64,000 bases of DNA, taken from Gnetum montanum. Taxonomy: Eukaryota > Plantae > Gnetophyta. The stretch spans positions 287,790-351,789 of the forward strand of contig MNCI01000317.1 in NCBI GenBank assembly GCA_015680685.1, written 5' to 3'. A program made the position numbers and the translations under genes. Under the pieces are notes generated by a model. It made no database searches. It was not told where the DNA came from and saw nothing but the letters and a program-made list of their open reading frames with translations. Position 1 is the first letter of the stretch; each line of letters begins with the position of its first letter. Below are positions 25,109 through 38,102 of the stretch, in pieces.

Positions 25109-26074
25109 TTAAGCTCTAATTCTCAATATTCTTACAAGGTAACAGTAAAAGTATGTAGACTATTCTGATCACAAGACTTGTACAGAACTTGATGAAGAGG
25201 ACAAGCTAAAGCTCATGTTAGATCATTATTTTGAAAACTTAAATTTAAAAGGGGAAACGGAGGTTAGGGTGAGGATTGCTGCCAGACCCCATCATGCTCA
25301 AGAACTTATTACACTACCAACAAACATGGTCCTCCTTTTTTTTTTAGGAAACTTTGCTCACGGTGTACCTCATTCTTGAGGTAGAAATTCCAACACAAGT
25401 CTAGGCGATTAGCTACACTACCAAAGAGCATGGTATTTTTGGAAACTTTTACCATGGTGTAGTTCAAGCCTCGTGTATGTGCCTTTTTTATTACTATTTA
25501 ATGGCATCATAGTAGGTCTCCTAGGTGGCTAAGAAGTCTCACGTATAAATGAACACACTTCATCCCATTGTTCACAGGATAGCCATAGATCATCACACTT
25601 GAGAGCTAGGGTTTATGAGAGGAAAGGATAGAATTTTCCAAGGTCACCTAATGATTATGACTAACCATTCCCCAACATCACATATCCTACACTCACATGA
25701 TCATGATGATAACATGATAAGTTTCTATAAATCCAATGCTCCATAATCTAACATAACAAATAAACTGAAACCTTGGAATCAATAGAAAAGAGTTATAGTA
25801 TTATAGAAATATAAAATATAAAGTGGATTTTTATAGCATTATTGAAATCTAACATTACAATAATAGTAAATTATATTATAGCTACATCATTTTCCAATGG
25901 TGTTAAGATGACCCAATGTCTAGTAACTCAAATGAAAAATGATTATTAAAATCATATGAAGAACACAATAATCAAATAAATATGCTAAGAAAGAAATAAT
26001 GAAAATGCAAGAAAAATATGGAAATGCAACTATATATATATGAAATGCAAAGAAAAGGGGAAGAAAACATGCAA

Positions 26075-28927
26075 CTAAGAATCTACTAAGTGTCCACATG
26101 GGGCACCTAAGGAGAAATGCTTCAAATGAAATGCATTAAAATTCCTATTCAACCTATGTCCTTGCAAACCAGCAAACTTGAACACATTTGGGGCAATGAT
26201 GTTTACAATTTGTAATGGACCTAACCACATAGGGGAAAACTTAGTTTGAGGGCTAGTTTGACCATACGCTCTATCTATCTTAAGGGCTATGTCACCTAGT
26301 TGAAAACTTTTAGCTACATATTTTTTATCGAACCATCTCTTGATAATTTGTTGATGACCACACATATTTTTAATTGCTTTAACCCTTTTAAGCTCTAGGT
26401 TCAAAATGTCACATGTTCATGATATTAGATGCTCATTAGTTGGTAAGTAGTCTAAGAAGAATTAATATGTAGAAATTTGTAAATTAATTAGCAATATGGG
26501 TTCCTATATGTGCACTAAATCATATGGTGTAGTCTTGATCGATTCTTTGTAACGAATCCTATTAGCCCAAACTACCCATTTTAGTTGTTCATGCTAGGTT
26601 TGTGGATTTTGGGCTACCATTTTCTTAATCCCATCTAATATAATTTTGTTGGAAGATTCAGCCAAACCATTACATTGTGGGTAATATTCGGTTACCACCT
26701 TGACAATGATGTTATGGTTTCTAGCCCAATTTGTAAAATCTATGGAAATGAATGTGGGCCCATTATCGACTACTAAAGCATAAGGACAGCCATATCTGGA
26801 GATTATATCATTTTCTAAGAAGAAAATAACCTCACGAGATGATGCAATTTTGGTTGCTTTCGCCTCTAACCAATGTGTGCAATAATTAGTGGCTATCAAA
26901 ATGAGCTTATGTAGGGTAGTAGAGAAAGGATTCATCACTCTAATAAAGTCTAAGGCCCATTGGGCAAATGGTATTGTTTCTATTATAGGTTGTACTGGGG
27001 CCAAACTCTTGGAATCTTTTCCTTTAAATATCTAGCATTGGACACATATCTTAACTAGGTTATAAGAATCATTAATCATAGTAAGTCAATAATAACCATC
27101 CGTCACAATTTTATGAACTAATGAGTAGTATCCTATATGTCCTTCATCATGAAGTTGTTTTAGAGCATTGTTAGCTTGCTCTTGGTTCAAACACTTAAGG
27201 GATATCCCTTGGAAATTCTTTCTAAATAGTTCACTGCTTATTAGAGTAAATTTAGAAAATTTTGATATTAAGAGCTTTCTTTTATATCTAGGTGAATCTA
27301 AGGGACAATGATGGAAGGTTAAATAAAATTTGATATCCCCATACTAAGGATCATACAACCGATTGGAAGCAAATGGGATATCATTTTCCTCATTGATGGA
27401 TAATATATGAAGAGGAATTGATTCTTTATCTATGGATGCATCATAATTTTTTGAGGTTGAAGCTTTAGTTATTAATTTAGCAAGACCAGTCCCTCTAACT
27501 AACTTTGCTACCTTCCATTGAATATCATATTCTTGGAACCTCATAATCCATTTAGCACATTTCTCACTAGGATCTTGCAATTTGGCTAAAGCAATGGTGG
27601 TTGGATCAGGGACAATGACAAAGACTTTTGATTTTAACAAGTAGTAGCGGAATTTCTTGAAGGCTTTTATTACAGCATACAATTGCTTCTCTACGGGTGA
27701 GTATCTTAATTCTACATCTCTTAAAGGTGTAGACATGAAAGCTATGGGTCTTTCACCTTGATCATTTATGTCTTGCATCAAGATAGCAGCAACTATAACA
27801 TTGCTAGAAAAGGCATATAAGTAGAAATCATTTTCATACCAAGGAGAAGCTAGGATAGGTGCATCTATTCTAGCTTCTTTAATAGCAAGAAATGCATTCT
27901 TTCTATTATCTGTCCAATGAATATTACTATCTTTCTTAAGCATATCATTCAATGGTCTAACTAATTCAGCATAGATAGGGATAAATCGTCTAACAAAATT
28001 AATCTTACCAAAGAAATCCCTTAGATCAGTCTTGGATAAAGGATAAGGTACTTCTAAAATTACATTTACCCACTCAAGGTCAATCACAATTCCCCCTTTG
28101 GTCAGTATATGACCCAGAAATTTACCACTTTGAACACCAAAGATGGATTTCTTTACATTCAAGGTAATGCCAAATTGTCTACATCTTATAAAAACATTTC
28201 TAAGGTTTCTAAGGTGTGTACCTTGATCTTTAGAAAAAATAGTTAAGTCATCAAGGTAAATAATAATACACTTTCTAATTAGCCCCTCAAAATTTTTGTT
28301 CATAGCTCTTTGGAAGGTAGAGCTGGCATTTATGAGGCCAAATGGCATTTTAGTGAATTGAAAGGTTCCCCACTTTGTTGTAAAAGCTATCTTGTATTTG
28401 TCCTTCTTATTCAATAAAATTTGCTTATATTCGAAATACCCATCCAAAAAGGAATACATTTGAGCACCATTCACAATTTGCAATAACTCTTCCATAAGAG
28501 GGAGTGGATAATTATCCTTGATGCAAGAAGTATTAAGGTTATGGAAATAAATACATAAACTTAACTAACCAGTTTGTTTCCTAATGGGTACTAAGTTTGA
28601 GATCCAATAGGAATGTCTTACTGGATAAATTATTTTGGATTCTAGGAGTTTATCAATTTCTACTTTCATAAGGATTTCAATCTTTGGAATCACAGGTCTA
28701 AGCTTTTGCCTGAATGGTTTTGTTTCTAACCTAAGGGTAATGGTATGTGTCATTACTAGTGGATTAAAAGTCCTAAGGTCTTCATAAGTCCAAGCTAGAA
28801 CATCATTAAATTCACATAATAGGTCAAGAAGGCTTTGTCTTTCATCTAGATGTAAACAGACTCCTATTTTAACAAGGTATTTTTTTCTTCCCTTTTGAAT
28901 CTGAATTGTTTCAGTTTGAGCTAACAT
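26075..28927 (-). pseudogene. Tat pol: reverse transcriptase, RNase H, integrase (interrupted)
   Basis: KMPFGLINA and IIYLDDLTIFS (RT), YSPVEKQLYAV (RH), PFAQWALDF and YYPQCNGLAES (INT), KFSPMWLGP (GPY/F-like motif). Confidence 0.95.
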
Positions 28928-29179
28928 TTTTCAATTACTATTTTTTGATAAATGCAAGGCCTTGGTATGTAGATCATCAAATAAAGCTTTCCTAACTATG
29001 TTTTCAAGAGATATCTTGTTCAAAAACACAACATCCTTGGATGTATCTCCTTGATCACTGAACTCTCCTTTAGAAAATAGGAATTTACAAACATGGTCAT
29101 CATCATCAAACACTTGAAAGGAAGAGATATTATCAGGGATAGAATAGGACTTCACCTTTTCGATAATGATATCTGAATC

Positions 29180-29600
29180 CTAGGAATTATGCTTAAAATG
29201 GACATCCAAAGTGGTAACCATTTGGGCTAGTGTATTGGAAATGTAATTTGCTTCCCTAGGTACATGTTCAATGGTTACACATTCAAATTCTTTAATAACT
29301 TCAAGAATGTAAGCTTTGTATGCTTTCATGGTGATGTCTTTGTCATCAAAGATATCATTGGCTTGCTTCACTATTAGTTGGGAGTTGCTATAGATTTTAA
29401 GTTTGGACAAATCATAGTGTTTAGCTAGTTTGATCCCATGAATTAGTGCTTCATACTCAACCATGTTTTTGGTCATTGGTTGAGTGAAATTAATAGCTTT
29501 AAGAATAGGAGCTTCAACAAGAGGTATAAGCATTATTCCATCTCCACATCCTTTCTTGGAAGAAGCACCATCCACTATTAGTATCCAAGTATTCAAGTTC
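29180..29600 (-). pseudogene. Archaeal-type RNase HI domain (aRH) between protease and RT
   Basis: WILIVDGASS...NMVEYEALIHG...IYSNSQLIVKQ...IEHVPREAN is the RNase HI signature. Two catalytic Asp are changed to Asn. Confidence 0.9.
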
Positions 29601-30043
29601 GTAAAATCTGAAAAAATTGGCCCTTTAATCAAGGTAATAGTAATTATCATTGAATTCTGGTCCATCTTATGATATTTCATTAGTTAGAATCTCACTTATA
29701 TCTTTATCATTTCCTAGTGGTGGTGGATCACCGAAAAGAAAGGTGTTTCCATCATGTTGGTGGTATGGCAAAGTATCTTCATATACCTTCTTGCATTCCC
29801 TAAAAGCTTGGTAATATTCAGTAGAATATGTGTATGTAAAAGGGTTTATGCATGAAGCCTCATCTATATCATCATTTAAGAAATATTCACCAAGTCCTAG
29901 TTCGACCACTCCAACGAAATGATTGTTGTTTTGATTTCCTTGAGATGTAGTTTCTTGATTGAAATTCGTTACCACTTGCTTATAAAAGGGTTCCCTAGGT
30001 ATAATCATATACCCAGATTTTCCTATGATAGGGATCAATAATT

Positions 30044-31986
30044 TCAAGAAATCTGACCTAAAAATCCCCCAAACTTAGCTCCAAAAGTCCTAGACAAGAG
30101 CACACCATATGTGGATGTCATGTCAACTACTAGCATATCCATATAACATGTAAATGTAGGGTATTTCTTAAGTCGTACCTTCGCTCCTTTTAATAATCCT
30201 ACCACAGGTACATTAGATCCATCAAGTTGAATCACACTTTTTGTTTATGGTATCATTTGTGCTCCTAAGGCATTACAAACATCAAGAGGCATGACACTAA
30301 CAATTGCACTAGAATCCATTAAACAGTTATGGACATTCTTTCCTAAAATAATCAAAGTGGTTAGGAAAGGGAGGTGGTCCTTCTTACTAGACATGGAATT
30401 ATTCACATTTTGTACTGATAGTGTGTTAGAACTTTCGGTGAAGTGAACTTGCCTTTCAGGAATTGGGGATTTTTCTCTTTGGGCTTCAGGTGTATGAACC
30501 ATATCCCGAATCACTTCTTTCATTTCGTTAAATTGTAGGAGGTCATACATCGAAATGTTAGCTTTAACTCTTTTTAGATCCTCAACCAAATTATAATTCT
30601 TATGTTCATCCCTGGCTTCTTGTTGAGATGGGGCTCTTCTAAGTATAGAAGGGGGGTTTAATTGTTGTAGAGCAGTTACTTGGGATGACCCAGATTGGTT
30701 ATTTGCAATTATGTTGATTAGGAAATCTTCTATTTAGAGGTGTATAAGAATTATTTCTAGTTTGTTGTTGTGTGGTGTTTACAATGTCACTAAGTTTATG
30801 GTAGCAAGTGTTATGTGGGTTAAGGTCTCCTATCATAACTTGTTCTAATGAGGAAACCTCTTCATTTTCTGTCTCATGAGGTACATTAAGGATCATGATA
30901 GGGGTTTTTCCATTTTGTTGACCTTGGGTATTTTCACCATACAATACCAAGAATTAAGGACAAGTCTTTTTGAAATGTTGTCTTGTATTATGAAGATGAT
31001 AATAATCATTGTTGGTTGATGCACTTAATTTTTCTGGTTGTATAGGACCTTTGTTATTGTTTCTCTTTAGCTCAACCACTTCATTGGATAGTTTTTGTAG
31101 TGAAGTGAGTATCTGAGTCATCTAATCTTGAGTTTGGTTTGGTGGTTCTACAGAATTTATTGTTCTATTTGGGTTTACAATGGATCAGATCAAGGCTTTT
31201 GATTGGTCATCATTCAAACTAGTGTTGGATGGTAAGAATGAAGAGGACATGGGGCCTTGAGAGTAATTACTTAAAGGTTGAGTTGGTTGAAGGGGAGAAA
31301 CAGCTTGAGGCATAACATTAGACATTTGAAAAGTTGGTAAGAGTAGAAGGATTTGATTGCATAGAGTTACTAACACTCATCATCTCAAATTGGGTTTGGA
31401 TACTAATCATAAGGATTATTTTCTCTAATTCCATAACTTTAGACATTGCACCTTGTATTTATGTTATGTCGAATTCAGATTTGATGGCGTAAGCAAAGAA
31501 TGGATCAATAGTAGAGAGATAAAAGTTGAGTATACCATCAGGCTGTGGTCGCATCTCATTTGGCACATAGGTAAGTTAATGAAGGAATCTAAGGTTATAA
31601 TCCCTAACATTTTTCCCAGGTAGCTTTCTTAAGCTAGTGAAGTTGCTTGATGTGATAGCAAGGCTTGTAAATTTGTCAAACTAATTCAAAAACTTATTTT
31701 TGAATTCTTGCCATGTGTTAAGAGAGGCGTCAGAAAGCATTAAGAACCATTGGATTTTTTTGGCCCTAAATGTTGTTACGAACACCCTACATACCACATC
31801 ATTATGTATAATATTGTGGATCCCTAGTAAGGTTTCAAAACATTGTATGTGTTGGTGGGCATCATTCGTAAGGGTTGTAGTATCGAAGAACAGATTTATG
31901 TTCTGAAGCGATTTTGGTATGTCATGGTAGTTATTAAAGTTGAAATGGTTTCCTACCAAGGGAGTTGGGGGTTGATGGGCTGCCAT
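30044..31986 (-). pseudogene. Tat gag and aspartic protease (interrupted)
   Basis: Gag motifs DVVCRVFVTTF...QWF...SLNTWQEFKNKFL; protease NCLMDSSAIVSVM...VLLSRTF. Confidence 0.85.
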
Positions 31987-32453
31987 CTTAGTTCGAGATT
32001 TCTTAGGAATTGAACTTGGAAAAAGTAAAGCTCGTTGTTTGCTTAAAGTGAAATGACGAGTAGCTGGTTGACTAGGGGTAGGAGTATGAGCTCTTTGTTG
32101 AGATTTTTTGTAAGAAGTGTCATAAACTGTGAAAATTAAAAAAAATAGAAAAACATTTAAATACTATATTTTTATTTATTTTTTTATTTTTTAAAAAAGA
32201 AAATTGAAATTACAAAAGTTTAGAAAAGTAAATTAAAAGTAGAATGATTTAAATCTCCTCACCAAAGTTAGAGTTAAGGTAAGGATTGCTAGAGTATAAA
32301 TTTGGAGATTTGAAAATGAAACTAAAATAGAGTAATAAAACTAAAAATAGGGAGGCAAAAACAGAAAGAAACAGTGCAAATCAATAGGAAAGAATAGAAA
32401 AATTGATATTTTTTTTAGAAACATAAAAGGGAAAAAAAAGGTTAAGAAACTGG

Positions 32454-32470
32454 CCCTCCTTCTAGCACCA
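32454..32470 (-). other. Primer binding site, tRNA-Asn type
   Basis: Minus strand TGGTGCTAGAAGGAGGG matches the complement of the plant tRNA-Asn(GUU) 3' end (TGGCGCTAGAAGGAGGG). Second copy at 14946-14962. Confidence 0.8.
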
Positions 32471-32476
32471 AAAAGG

Positions 32477-33189
32477 TGTTGATGCATAAATTTTGGACAC
32501 ACCAAAACTTGTTTTAAGAGACTATCGTCTAGGGTGCCTTCGGTATGGGTACAAAAACCCAAGAATAGTCTAAGCTAGAAAGGGCTATGTGACAAAAACT
32601 ATAATAATAATATTTTAAACAAAATATTGAAAACTTAAATTTAATTCTAGGAGGGTTCTATTATGTTTTGAAAAACATAGTAAAATAACTAAAATCAAAA
32701 TTAAACATTTGTGTAATTTTATTTTTCTAAAAAATGGTAAACAATACAACAAGAAAATTGAAATTGAATTCAAATTTATTTGGTTCCGATGTCGCTTTAC
32801 CACCGTCGTTCTATGATGTTGGTTCTACTGTAATGGAAGAAAAGAAAATTCTAAAATTTAGATCTCCGATCTGCAATAAATGCTGCTGCTTGAAATCTGA
32901 AGGAAGGAAGAATTTTCTACCACCTTTTGTGGTGTTCACTGCCACTTCTTTACTGAGAGAGAGCATCTTCCATCCATTACCAACCTCCAGATGTTTGTTG
33001 TTGCTTGGACACCTCCCACGTCTGGGAAGGCTGTTGCTTGGATGCCTCCCACATCTGGGAAGAGCCTTTGTCCCTCGTTCCTTGTGATAGGAGAGGAAAA
33101 AAAGATAGCTCGATGTTTGCTATTTTTCTAGTTTACCACCTATCATGGTTTCCGCATCACTATTGACGCACCACATATCACCGTCTACG
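32477..33189 (-). repeat. PBS-proximal 0.7 kb of the Tat 5' LTR
   Basis: Direct repeat of about 22804-23505. Confidence 0.9.
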
Positions 33190-34445
33190 TTTCGCATCAC
33201 AATGGTTGATGGTGGTTGATGGGTTTCTTCTCTCGCAGGCTGCTATAAACAAATAGGGAAGGATGGCCTGCAACCAGCAGGAGGGGACCTCTTCTCTAAG
33301 AAATGTAGGTTCTTCTCAGACGTTGGGGAAAATAGAGACCAACCTTTTCTTTCAACACTAGGGTGATAGTAGACACCCAACAACAGGGTGTGAAGCCTCT
33401 TCATAGTAGGTCTTTCAAGGATGACAACAAATTTTTTTCCTTTGAGCCTATAGACACATCAGTGACAGGTGAACGATGCATGAACAGTAGACCAACAAGG
33501 TGATAGATGCGTAGCTCAAGCAAACAACATGACAATAGACATGAGCGTCTCTCTCCCTATTCTTATGTGGTCCTTAGTAGATGACGTCGTCAATGCCTTG
33601 AAGAAACAAGTGTAGAATCACAATTTTTTTTGTCTTTTCACACAAACAAACATGATTTTTCTCTCCTCGACATCAACCTAACATCAACTCGGGCAAGGCC
33701 TCTTTAGAGATTCACGCACAAACGGTGATAGGTGGTGCATCAACAATGACACAGACACCGTAACAGGTGGTAAACTAGAAAAATAGCAAACATTGAGCTA
33801 TCTTTTTTTCCTCTCCTATCACAAAACACGAAGAAGGAACGAGGGACAAAGCCTCTTTCCAGAAGTGGGAGGCATCCAAGCAATAGCCTTCCTAGACATG
33901 GGAGGCATCCAAGCAATAGCAGATGCTCGGAGGCTAGAAACGGATGGCAGATGCTCTCTCTTGGTAAAGAAGTTGTGGTGAACACCACAAAAGGTGGCAG
34001 ATGATTCTTCTTTCCTTGAGATTTTGAGCAGTAGCATTCATTGCAGACTGAAGATCTAAATTCCAAAATTTTTTTTTCTTTTGTTCCGGTAGAACCAACA
34101 TCATAGAACGATGGTGATCAAGCGACATCGGGACTAGATAAATTTCAATTCAATTTCAATTTTCTTGTTGTATTGTTTACTTTTTTTAGGAAAAGAAAAT
34201 TACACAAATTTTTAATTTTGATTTTAGTTATTTTACTATGTTTTTCAAAACATAATAGAACCCTTCTACAATTAAATTTAAGTTTTCAACATTTTGTTTA
34301 AAATATGACTATTATTTTGTCACATAGCACTTTCCAGCTAAGACTATTCCTAGGTTTTCGTACCCATATAGGAGGTGCCCTAGGCAATAGTCTCCTAAAA
34401 TGAGTTTTCATAGGTGTTAGTGTGTCCAAATTTTATGCATCAACA
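33187..34445 (+). repeat. Inverted 1.26-kb partial copy of the Tat LTR
   Basis: Reverse complement of about 22804-24036; ends ...TTTATGCATCAACA. Confidence 0.9.
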
Positions 34446-37400
34446 CCTATCTTAAGAAGTTGTCCCACGTCATCTTTAATAACTTGTTTAAGCTTCAAAT
34501 TAAATTTTCTCTATGGCTATTTGCCTTAATTAAATAAAGGATTTTTTATAGATCTGATGTTGTCATATCCATGGATTTATTCATGTCAACTTATGAAATG
34601 ATCATGCAAAAGTTGTTCGTCATTTTTTAGCTACTTGTAGAAGCTTCCTTTTTTGTTCTTTGGTGAGTTTGCCATTAATAATTATTAGCTTGTCATCATC
34701 AAGAAAATCATATTCTAATGTTGTTGGTAAAGCCTTAAGTTCAAGGGGCTCCTACTTAAAATCATCAAGGATTTCCAACTTTCCCTAATCCATTTCTACA
34801 TTTTTGCAAGGGAGTTGGTTATGAATCTACTCCATTCCATCTATGTTATCTATGTAAGTACTTGTGAGGAGCTCCACTAGTTCCATGCATATTATTGATC
34901 TAGAGCTATTTTTTGATGTTAACCATTGGGTACCTTTCTATTTTATGATTTTTACATATAGGCACCGTTGAATGTTTGATATTTTGGCATACTTATTGGA
35001 TGCTATGATGGATGTACTCTTCATGCCCATATTCTTTGCATATAATGGTACCTTCTATCACTATATATGTGCATGGAACTCACTTCTTCTCTAGCTTCCC
35101 AAATTTATTTTCCTTGGAGATTTCTAAGGAAAGTTCTCTTATCCCTATCTTGGCATTAATTGTACTAAGCCAAGCCCTTCCCATAATAATAGGAAATTTT
35201 TCCTTTCAATTATCCATGTGGATCACTAGGAAATCTATCAAATATAACTAACCATAAACGGTGATCACAATTTCCTCCACCAATCCCAAGGGAACAATGA
35301 TGAACTAAGTTACAAACTTCAACTTGATGTTACATTTAGTAAGTAGAGGTAAGTTTTAGGTCTTATACATCTCTTGAGAAATTAAGTTCACCTAGAACCT
35401 GAATCTAGTAGAGCCTTGCATGAATCATTTCTTGTAATTTGCAAATAGATTAGTAGACTCCTAGGAGAAGATCATTTCCTAGAAAGGTATCTCATCTTGA
35501 TCTAGTCTATGACTAAGTGGGTCAACATGATAGTATGAACATTTAAAGACCTTTCATTTGAAGTTAACTCAAGGATCATTTTGGAAGCACTTGATGCATT
35601 GTTAATAGTCACATATATCTATGAGGATTTTTGCAGATTATTTTACCCACAGAATGCCTTATTTTGAGGCTTATGCTCAAATCCATCCAAATGGTCATTC
35701 AGCTATATGTTCACTACCCTCATGTCATTTCATTGTCATGGCTATGATGGAATTTCCCCTTGTATAGATGGTACACGTGGTAAGGAAGTGGTGTTAGAAG
35801 GTATAAGGTAAGTTGGTCAAAACAAAGGAGGATAAGCAATGAGATACTCAATTCATAAAGCAGAGGTTCTATGATATTCTGAAAGGTAGTAGTGATGAGA
35901 GAAAAAAGTGTGGTTTGCATATCCATGAGGAGATATATGTTACTGGACATAATATCCATAAGGATCCTACTACTAGTAAGGATATTACTATTGTAGTGGT
36001 GGCATCCCCCATGACTATGAGTTTTTCCATTATTGATACTTCTCCTAAGGTTGAGGTGGTGCTCTACTTGTGTAATATAGTGTTGAGTGGAACTATTGCC
36101 TATAATTACCTTGTGAATAAGATACTCTCCTAGGTGATCTCTTTCTTGGAAATTTTGGATTTAATGCGTACATCCCAAATTCTTCTAGATATGACACTAT
36201 AGAACAACAGCCCTTGAAATGTTCATATTAATAAATATCACATTCATTATCTTTTGTTTCTAAACCTACAACCTCATCCATTGCTACAATATTTTTTTTC
36301 TTTTTGCTTATAGTAATCCATATTTGTATCTTTCCTTCTCCTTTTGTTTTTATCTCTACTTGTTTGCTCCATCTTCTCCATCATAATTTTATGAGTAGTT
36401 TGGAAATTCTCATCTAATGAGTTCCACATTTTATCTACCTTAGCATATTTTTGGATTAGTAAGATTTTTCTTTACACCACTTTATCTAGTAATGCTTCCT
36501 CCTCTAAATTACATAAACGCACCTCCCTTTTGAGAATGGAGAAATCTTTGTTATATTTTTTCTTTGTCACCTAATTAATTATCCTTTGGATCTAATGGAC
36601 TTTTATTTCAAAAATCCTTCCTTGGGCATAAACCCTAAGAGTTTCTTTGGTTTTTTTTTTTTGAGCCCATCTATAATGTGGTAAAAATGCTTTCTTTGAG
36701 AAAATGCATGGCCTAAGCATCGATGTCAGAGGGAGTAGTACCTGCCTAAGGCTACATTCTAAGATTCATGATTACCTTACTTCCATCCTTGATTTACTTT
36801 CATAGATTAAGCACTCTAGAGTATGTTTGGTACTTATCGTTGAACAACTCTACCATTGTACTCTATCTATGAATAGATTCTAGTTTCGAGCAATAGTTCC
36901 AACTTTCTACTTCTTTGATGAGTATTCATGGAAATAATTTAAGCTTCTATGACTTGTTCTTGATATTCTATAAGGCACAGGTATCATCAAAGACTTGTAG
37001 ATGATGCTATGAATCAACCTTATATTCTCCTTCAAATTTAGGGATATTGTTAATATAAAGTCATTTAATTTTTCTATCCCTTTCATGTCTAATGAAAATT
37101 CAAACTACTTCTGAAACATTAAGCATATTTTTTATAGCCAACACTGATTCATCATGATCATTGCATTCATGGTGGTCTCTATGATGGCCATGTCTTCTAT
37201 GAAAAGACCTAGTGTGCCTCTGTTCTCGGTGATGCTTCTCTTCCTATTATGATTGCCTAGGCTCCTAGTTTCTATCATCACAATGGAACTTCAAATCATC
37301 TCCATCTCAATTCCAATCACTTATTCTTCTATCTTTATCATAACTCCTCTTATCTAAGTTTGATGATGATAAGGATAGTGAAGGTAGAGGACTAGGAGAA

Positions 37401-38067
37401 CAATGCCTACTAGTCTTTCTTCTATGGTCCTTTGCTTATTCTTTCTCATTTTCTTTCTCTTTCTCTTTTTCCTTGGATGAATGACTAGGAGATCTTTGCA
37501 TTGATGTTCTTTGGACTTTGGACTCTATCCTCCCCTTACCTTCATTACTCTTTAAGGTTGATTGTAGTCATTGGTAAAGTGTGTCATATTCAAAGAAATG
37601 AGAAGAATCTGTATATTGAGAGTGCCTTAAGAAGAAATTAGAATCCTCTTTTTGAAATTTTAGAAATAATGGTGTTAGGATCCTATTACCCTTGAAGGCC
37701 TCATGGCATGTCTCCATGCATCGATATTTCCTAAGAAGTACTTCTATGGGCTAATAGTCTCTAGAGACATGATCTATTGCCTCATACTCTAACATTGTTG
37801 ATTGAATTTCCAAGCATGTGAATTGGACCATGAGCATGGTGAGAATAAACTAATCAAATGGTAACATAGTATTACCTTCATATCCATTCAATGTAACTTC
37901 TCATATTGATAGAGAATGAAGGTCAAATCTAAATAATATGGATCTAGATATGGATAGACTACTCTTAGCTATTGAGGTTTCTCAATGGTAGTTCTTTTGG
38001 TCATATCACATTGCATATTGAAGTAACTGACATGGAACAGTGACTTATTCCTACGAGAAGAAGCCAT
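34446..38067 (-). pseudogene. Athila gag, protease and RT N-terminus, degenerate
   Basis: Probable start MASSRRNK at 38067, protease ALLDSGS.VNL near 35400, and KQVIKDDVGQLLKIG at 34446-34500. Gag 36600-37100 is homologous to 55600-56050. Confidence 0.75.
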
Positions 38068-38102
38068 TTCACTAATGTGGATAAAGACGTCTGCAATGTG
38101 AT

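Larger units (their letters stand above)
22804..34445 (-). mobile_element. Tat-clade Ty3/gypsy element (GAG-PR-aRH-RT-RH-INT; TatI/II-type order) with a rearranged, palindromic 5' LTR region
   Basis: 3' LTR 22804-24817, PPT GGGGGCTAAG at 24818-24827, tRNA-Asn PBS at 32454-32470, all pol domains present in the ORF track. No TSD (GTACC / CCTAT). Confidence 0.9.

Noticed and set aside
22804-34445. Large TIR DNA transposon, Polinton or DIRS-like element suggested by the long inverted ends
   Set aside because: The inverted ends are LTR sequence of a standard gypsy element with PBS, PPT and DDE integrase. There is no transposase, DNA polymerase or tyrosine recombinase, and no TSD.
37955-37966. Alternative L1 TSD AGACTACTCTT versus AGATAACTCTT at 43332
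   Set aside because: It has two mismatches, and 37967-38080 is AT-rich and contains the probable host gag start, so the LINE begins near 38085.
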